NCBI GenBank assembly: GCA_040755455.1
Contig: JBFMAY010000001.1
Coordinates: 64,001-128,000, forward strand
DNA length: 64,000 nt
Source: Thermodesulfobacteriota bacterium
GTDB taxonomy: Bacteria; Desulfobacterota; Desulfobulbia; Desulfobulbales; SURF-16
Direction of reading: 5' to 3'
Shown: positions 59,405 through 64,000 of the stretch, piece after piece
Layout of the letters: the number at the start of each line of letters is the position of its first letter
How positions within the stretch are numbered: position 1 is the stretch's first letter
The notes under the pieces: model-generated
The model's database searches: none
Told to the model about the DNA's origin: nothing
Seen by the model: only the letters and a program-made list of their open reading frames with translations
Translations under genes and position numbers: made by a program

Positions 59405-60016
59405 ATGAATGATCGGTTAAATCCAGTCGCGCTTCTGCGGGCAATGTTCACCAATAAAGTGACGGCTTGGGCCCTCTGTGCCGTTCTTGTCGGGCTTCCC
59501 GTTATTTCGGGGAGTGCCTGCCTGCATGCGGAACCTGCGGAAGAGTATGCACTGAAGGCTGCCTTTGTCCTCAATTTTGCTAAATTTACCCAGTGGCCGG
59601 CTGAAGCTTTCAGCGATGCCGCGGATAGGCTTGATCTCTGTGTGGTCGGCGATCCGCTCATGCGCAAGGTTTTTAAGGAAATTGACGGCCAGAAGGTCGA
59701 CAAGAGGTTCATGCGGGTCATTTTTGTCGAGGGAACCGGCGAACTGCCCGGCTGTGCGCTGCTTTTTGTCGGCAGAACGACGGACCGGGATACCCTGCTG
59801 AAACTCATAGCAGCTGTTGCGGGGAAACCTGTTCTAACCATTGGTGAAACTGATGACTTTGCCCGTATTGGCGGTGTGATGAATTTTATCGTTAATGATG
59901 GAAAACTCCATTTTGAAGTTAATCCGGAAACGGCCCGGCAGCAGAAACTGACCCAGAGTTCCCGTCTGTTGAAGCTGGCGACCATTGTCACCGGAAGAAA
60001 CCCAGAGGACAGGTAA
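59405..60016 (+). CDS. yfiR: YfiR-family periplasmic protein
   Basis: [40 protein letters not shown]...L..SSRLLKLA. Confidence 0.88.
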   Translation: MNDRLNPVALLRAMFTNKVTAWALCAVLVGLPVISGSACLHAEPAEEYALKAAFVLNFAKFTQWPAEAFSDAADRLDLCVVGDPLMRKVFKEIDGQKVDKRFMRVIFVEGTGELPGCALLFVGRTTDRDTLLKLIAAVAGKPVLTIGETDDFARIGGVMNFIVNDGKLHFEVNPETARQQKLTQSSRLLKLATIVTGRNPEDR

Positions 60017-62904
60017 TGCCACGACTGCGCGATATTTCCATCAGGACAAAACTTTTCCTTCTCATGGGTCTTACCGCCTTCCTGGCCTTGGCCCTGGTCG
60101 CCACAGCCCTGGTCATTTATGAAAAGAGAAACACCGGGAAATTTTATTCCAGGCAGCTTATTTCCATGGCGGATATCATTGCCCTCAACAGCGGGGCGGT
60201 TCTGGCCTTTCAGGATGAAGAGGCGGCACGGGAAATATTGAATTCCCTGGCGGCAAAGCCGGAAATCGTTCTTGCCCTGCTGCATGATCGACAGGGCAAT
60301 ATTTTCAGCAGTTACCGCAGGCCCGGGGAAAATGACAAGGAAATCATCGCCGAATTGCTCAAGGCCTATCCTGATCAAAAAAAAATCCTTGCTGAACTGG
60401 AGGCCCGGGGGGGGATCACCTTCCGGACCGCCAGAAACGTGCATGTCATCCGGCCGGTCCGCATAGGCAATAATCCGAGGGGTGGAAATGATCTGGTGGG
60501 GGCAATTCATCTGGTGGATGACATGCAGCTGGTTGACAGCCGGCTGCGTGCCTACTATGCGGTTGTTGCAGCCATTGTCGTCATCACGCTTCTTATCGTG
60601 CTTGCCCTGGCCGCCAGGCTGCAGAGACTGTTCACCGAGCCACTGCTGGAGCTGATGCAGTCCATGGCCACGGTCAGGCTGGAGAAAAATTATGCGGTGC
60701 GGGTCAGGAAGAAAAGCAACGATGAGTTCGGCTCCTTGATCGACCGGTTCAACGACATGATCACCGAGGTCCAGAACCGGGATGGAGAACTGCAGGAATA
60801 TAGTTCCGGCCTGGAGAAGATGGTAGAGACCCGCACCAGGGAGCTTTCCAGGGCAAACGAAGACCTGGCGTCATTGGTTGCCGACCTGGAGAAGGCTAAA
60901 GAGGCGGCTGAGCAGGGTAGCAAGGCCAAAAGCGAATTCCTGGCCACCATGAGCCATGAAATCCGCACGCCGATGAACGGCATACTCGGCATGACGGAAC
61001 TGTTGCGCGGCACAGGACTCAACAACCGTCAGCTCCGTTTTGTCCAGACCATCCAGCGGGCGGTTGATTCACTGATGGGGGTGATTAACGACATTCTTGA
61101 TTTCTCCAAGATCGAGGCCGGCAAGCTTGAACTGGAGAGCCACACCTTCAACCTGCGCGAACTGCTGGAGGATACGGCGGAGATGATGGCCGAGGGTGCC
61201 CATCTCAAGGGCCTTGAACTGATTCCCGTTCTTCCTGAACATTTACCCGAGGTGCTGCAGGGAGACTCAAACCGTTTGCGGCAGATTATCGTCAATCTGC
61301 TCAGCAATGCCATCAAATTCACCGAAACCGGTGAGGTGATGCTGTATGTCAAGCTGGTAAACGAAAAGAGCAATGAGGTCACTCTGCGTTTCTCGGTCCA
61401 GGATACCGGCATCGGCATCAGTCCGGAAATAAAGGAACGCATATTTGAGGCCTTTTCCCAGGCTGACAGCTCAACCACCCGTAAATACGGCGGGACCGGC
61501 CTCGGCCTGTCCATTTCCCGACGGCTGGTGAACTTGATGGGGGGGGAAATAGGGGTGGACAGTGAACCCGGCAGGGGATCTACTTTCTGGTTTACCGTTA
61601 CCTTTACCTGCCAGCAGTCCGGGGCGGGAAGCGAAGATGAGCAGCTGATGAAAAACCTGGTGGGCCTGCGGGTGCTTATCGTCGATGATAATGCCGTCAA
61701 TCGCGCCATCCTGAAAAACCAGGTAAGGTCCTGGGGCATGAGCAGCGACACGGCGGAAAATGGTGTGCTGGCCCTGGCGAAATTGCAGGAGGCGGCAGGC
61801 GCGGGCAAACCCTACGATGTCGTCCTGCTGGACTGGCATATGCCGGAGATGGACGGCATCGAGCTTACCCGACGCATCCGCCGGGATTACGTCAAGAGGG
61901 ATCTTCTCCTGGTGATGCTCAGCTCTGCGCCGTTTGATGAGGAATCGGTCAAGGCAACCGAGGCGGGGGTTGATCTTTATCTGAGCAAGCCGGTGCGGCA
62001 GAGCCTGCTTTTCAGCTGTCTCAGCTCACTGCAGGGGGAAGCTGCCGCGCCCGCCGGAGCAGGCGAGGAGCAAGGCGCAGGGCCTCTCCGTCCCGCGTCG
62101 TTGCTCGGCCGCGCCCGCATCCTGCTGGTTGAGGATAATCTGGTCAATCAGGATGTCGCCCGGGAGATGCTGCATTACATGAACTGCCAGGTGGAGGTGG
62201 CTGAAAATGGCCGGGCGGCCCTGGATGCCGCAGCACAGAAGGAATTTGATCTTATCCTCATGGATTGCCACATGCCGGAGATGGACGGCTTTACGGCAGC
62301 CGGTGAAATCCGCCGCCGGGAAGCGGAGCAAGGGGTAAAGAGTCGTGTGCCCATCATCGCCCTGACCGGTGATGTGCAGACCGGGGTCAGGGAGCAGTGT
62401 CAGGCGGCCGGCATGGACGACTTTCTGAGCAAGCCTTTTTATATGAATGATCTGCAGAATATACTGGGCAGATGGCTGGCAGGGCGCATAGTGCCGCAGG
62501 CAGCCACCACGGCCGCCGCTCCGGCCGAGGAGGCGCAGGCCAAGTCTCTTCTTGATCAGAAACGGCTTGACATGATCCGCGCCATGCAGCGGCCGGAAAG
62601 TCCATCCGTGCTCGACCGGATTATCACCATGTATAATGAGAGCTCCCCGGAGATGGTGCGCGCCATGCATGAGGCGGTAAAAAAAGGAGATGCCGAGGCG
62701 TTGCGGGAAGCGGCCCATAGTCTCAAGACCAGCAGCGCCAATCTTGGCGCCACGGAGCTGGCCTCCCTGTGCAAGGAACTGGAGGATCTGGGCGCTAGAA
62801 CGAAGATTGAGGCAGCCGGGGCATTGCTCGACCGGTTGGATGATGCCTATCAGGAGGTGATATCCGCCCTGGCCCTGGAGATGGAGAAAACAAGCGATGA
62901 GTAA
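60016..62904 (+). CDS. Hybrid kinase: YfiN-like (CHASE8-type) sensor, HAMP, HisKA, HATPase, 2 REC, Hpt
   Basis: [35 protein letters not shown], two receiver domains, [13 protein letters not shown]. Confidence 0.93.
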   Translation: MPRLRDISIRTKLFLLMGLTAFLALALVATALVIYEKRNTGKFYSRQLISMADIIALNSGAVLAFQDEEAAREILNSLAAKPEIVLALLHDRQGNIFSSYRRPGENDKEIIAELLKAYPDQKKILAELEARGGITFRTARNVHVIRPVRIGNNPRGGNDLVGAIHLVDDMQLVDSRLRAYYAVVAAIVVITLLIVLALAARLQRLFTEPLLELMQSMATVRLEKNYAVRVRKKSNDEFGSLIDRFNDMITEVQNRDGELQEYSSGLEKMVETRTRELSRANEDLASLVADLEKAKEAAEQGSKAKSEFLATMSHEIRTPMNGILGMTELLRGTGLNNRQLRFVQTIQRAVDSLMGVINDILDFSKIEAGKLELESHTFNLRELLEDTAEMMAEGAHLKGLELIPVLPEHLPEVLQGDSNRLRQIIVNLLSNAIKFTETGEVMLYVKLVNEKSNEVTLRFSVQDTGIGISPEIKERIFEAFSQADSSTTRKYGGTGLGLSISRRLVNLMGGEIGVDSEPGRGSTFWFTVTFTCQQSGAGSEDEQLMKNLVGLRVLIVDDNAVNRAILKNQVRSWGMSSDTAENGVLALAKLQEAAGAGKPYDVVLLDWHMPEMDGIELTRRIRRDYVKRDLLLVMLSSAPFDEESVKATEAGVDLYLSKPVRQSLLFSCLSSLQGEAAAPAGAGEEQGAGPLRPASLLGRARILLVEDNLVNQDVAREMLHYMNCQVEVAENGRAALDAAAQKEFDLILMDCHMPEMDGFTAAGEIRRREAEQGVKSRVPIIALTGDVQTGVREQCQAAGMDDFLSKPFYMNDLQNILGRWLAGRIVPQAATTAAAPAEEAQAKSLLDQKRLDMIRAMQRPESPSVLDRIITMYNESSPEMVRAMHEAVKKGDAEALREAAHSLKTSSANLGATELASLCKELEDLGARTKIEAAGALLDRLDDAYQEVISALALEMEKTSDE

Positions 62905-64000
62905 GAACAGAGCCGCCGGGGACCAGCAGGTTGTCCTCCTTGTCGATGACGACATGGCCCAGCGTCTGCTCATGCGGGAAACCCTGCGCGGCAACAGCCT
63001 GGTGGTGGAGGAGGCGGGAGACGGCAAGGAGGCCTTGGCCGTTTTTGAGCGTTGTTCCCCCGATCTTGTCCTGATGGACGTTAAAATGCCGAAGATGGAC
63101 GGATTCACCGCCTGTGCAATGATGCGCACGCTTGCCGCCGGTCAGGATGCCGTCATTGTTCTGGTCACCGGTCTTGAGGATTTTGCCTCCATCAGCAGGG
63201 CCTTTGATGTCGGCGCCACCGACTTTGTCACCAAACCGGTCAACTGGCCCCTGCTCAGCCACCGGGTGCGCTATCTGCTGCGGGCAGGCCGCGCCTTCCG
63301 TAATCTGCGGCAGAGTGAAAAACGGCTGTCCATTGCCCAGAGCATAGCCAGTCTGGGCAACTGGGACTGGAATATTGACAAGAACAGCGTTTACTGTTCC
63401 GCCCAGATGTACCGGATTTTCGGCTTTTCATCCGAGGAACCGGCGGCAACGTATACGACCTTTCTCGACCGGGTGCATCCGGATGAACGCGACTCCGTCA
63501 AGGATCTGGTGGGCAGGGCGCTGCAGGCCAAAAAACCGTACAGCATCGATTATCGCATCGTGCTGCCCGGCGGCGCCTGCCGCAACGTGCATGAACAGGC
63601 CGATGTCGTGCATGATGGGGGAGGCAATCCGGTGAGCATGCATGGCACGGTGCAGGATATCACCGAGCGGATCAATGCCGAGGAAAAGATCCGTTTCCTG
63701 GCCTATTATGATGGGCTGACCGGCCTGCCCAACCGGCAGCTGTTCCTTGAACATTTCAACCAGGCCCTGTTTGCCGCCCAGCGGGACGGCGGCAAGGTCG
63801 CCCTGCTCTATCTCGATCTTGACCGGTTCAAGCGCATTAATGATACCCTGGGGCACAGTGCCGGCGACATGCTGCTGAAGGAGATTGCCATCTGCCTGGC
63901 GGACAGCATCCGTTCCTCGGATATCGTTGCCAAGGCCTGCCTGCCCTGCAAGCCCGGTGTCACCTTGTCACGGCTGGGCGGGGACGAGTTTACCATTCTT
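62897..64000 (+). CDS. REC-PAS-GGDEF protein (3' partial; an EAL domain may follow)
   Basis: Read by hand: [19 protein letters not shown]..., [43 protein letters not shown] at the window edge. Confidence 0.9.
   Translation, partial: MSKNRAAGDQQVVLLVDDDMAQRLLMRETLRGNSLVVEEAGDGKEALAVFERCSPDLVLMDVKMPKMDGFTACAMMRTLAAGQDAVIVLVTGLEDFASISRAFDVGATDFVTKPVNWPLLSHRVRYLLRAGRAFRNLRQSEKRLSIAQSIASLGNWDWNIDKNSVYCSAQMYRIFGFSSEEPAATYTTFLDRVHPDERDSVKDLVGRALQAKKPYSIDYRIVLPGGACRNVHEQADVVHDGGGNPVSMHGTVQDITERINAEEKIRFLAYYDGLTGLPNRQLFLEHFNQALFAAQRDGGKVALLYLDLDRFKRINDTLGHSAGDMLLKEIAICLADSIRSSDIVAKACLPCKPGVTLSRLGGDEFTIL

Noticed and set aside
1..64000. CRISPR array, prophage, integrase or known anti-phage defence operon
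   Set aside because: No regularly spaced repeat-spacer units or recognisable genes of these kinds were found by eye

Overview
A GC-rich bacterial chromosome segment; gene content and protein style suggest Desulfobacterota (Desulfobulbales-like), which is an inference. 1-17 kb is mixed: tex (5' partial), a diguanylate cyclase, an MCP with a stand-alone Cache protein, a secreted 7-heme cytochrome with OmcS-like motif spacing, an NSS transporter with an unannotated 32-aa partner, ACT+DUF711, an OYE flavin oxidoreductase, a thioredoxin-like protein, an EndoQ-UvrD fusion with beta-clamp-like motifs, and a TrxB-like reductase. 17-29.3 kb is housekeeping: tadA, tRNA-Ser, ffs, dnaX (with an in-frame A_AAA_AAG slippery site), ybaB, recR, tRNA-Val, thrS, infC (ATT start), rpmI, rplT, pheS, pheT, ihfA, a MerR-like gene and tRNA-Pro. 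From tRNA-Pro onward the region is accessory: eptA bracketed by a degenerate copy of the tRNA 3' half, a truncated cysC next to an inverted-repeat element, an FN3/Ca-repeat/lectin-like secreted protein, an IS1634 remnant, a Cpx-like two-component system with a Spy-like protein and diheme cytochrome, two stand-alone V4R proteins coupled to a soluble hybrid kinase, an RND pump, a sigma-54/NifX-like/kinase/regulator cluster with a decayed tail, and a YfiR-hybrid kinase-REC/PAS/GGDEF module (3' partial). No CRISPR array, rRNA, integrase or phage genes were seen. All family calls come from motif recognition by eye; no searches were run.
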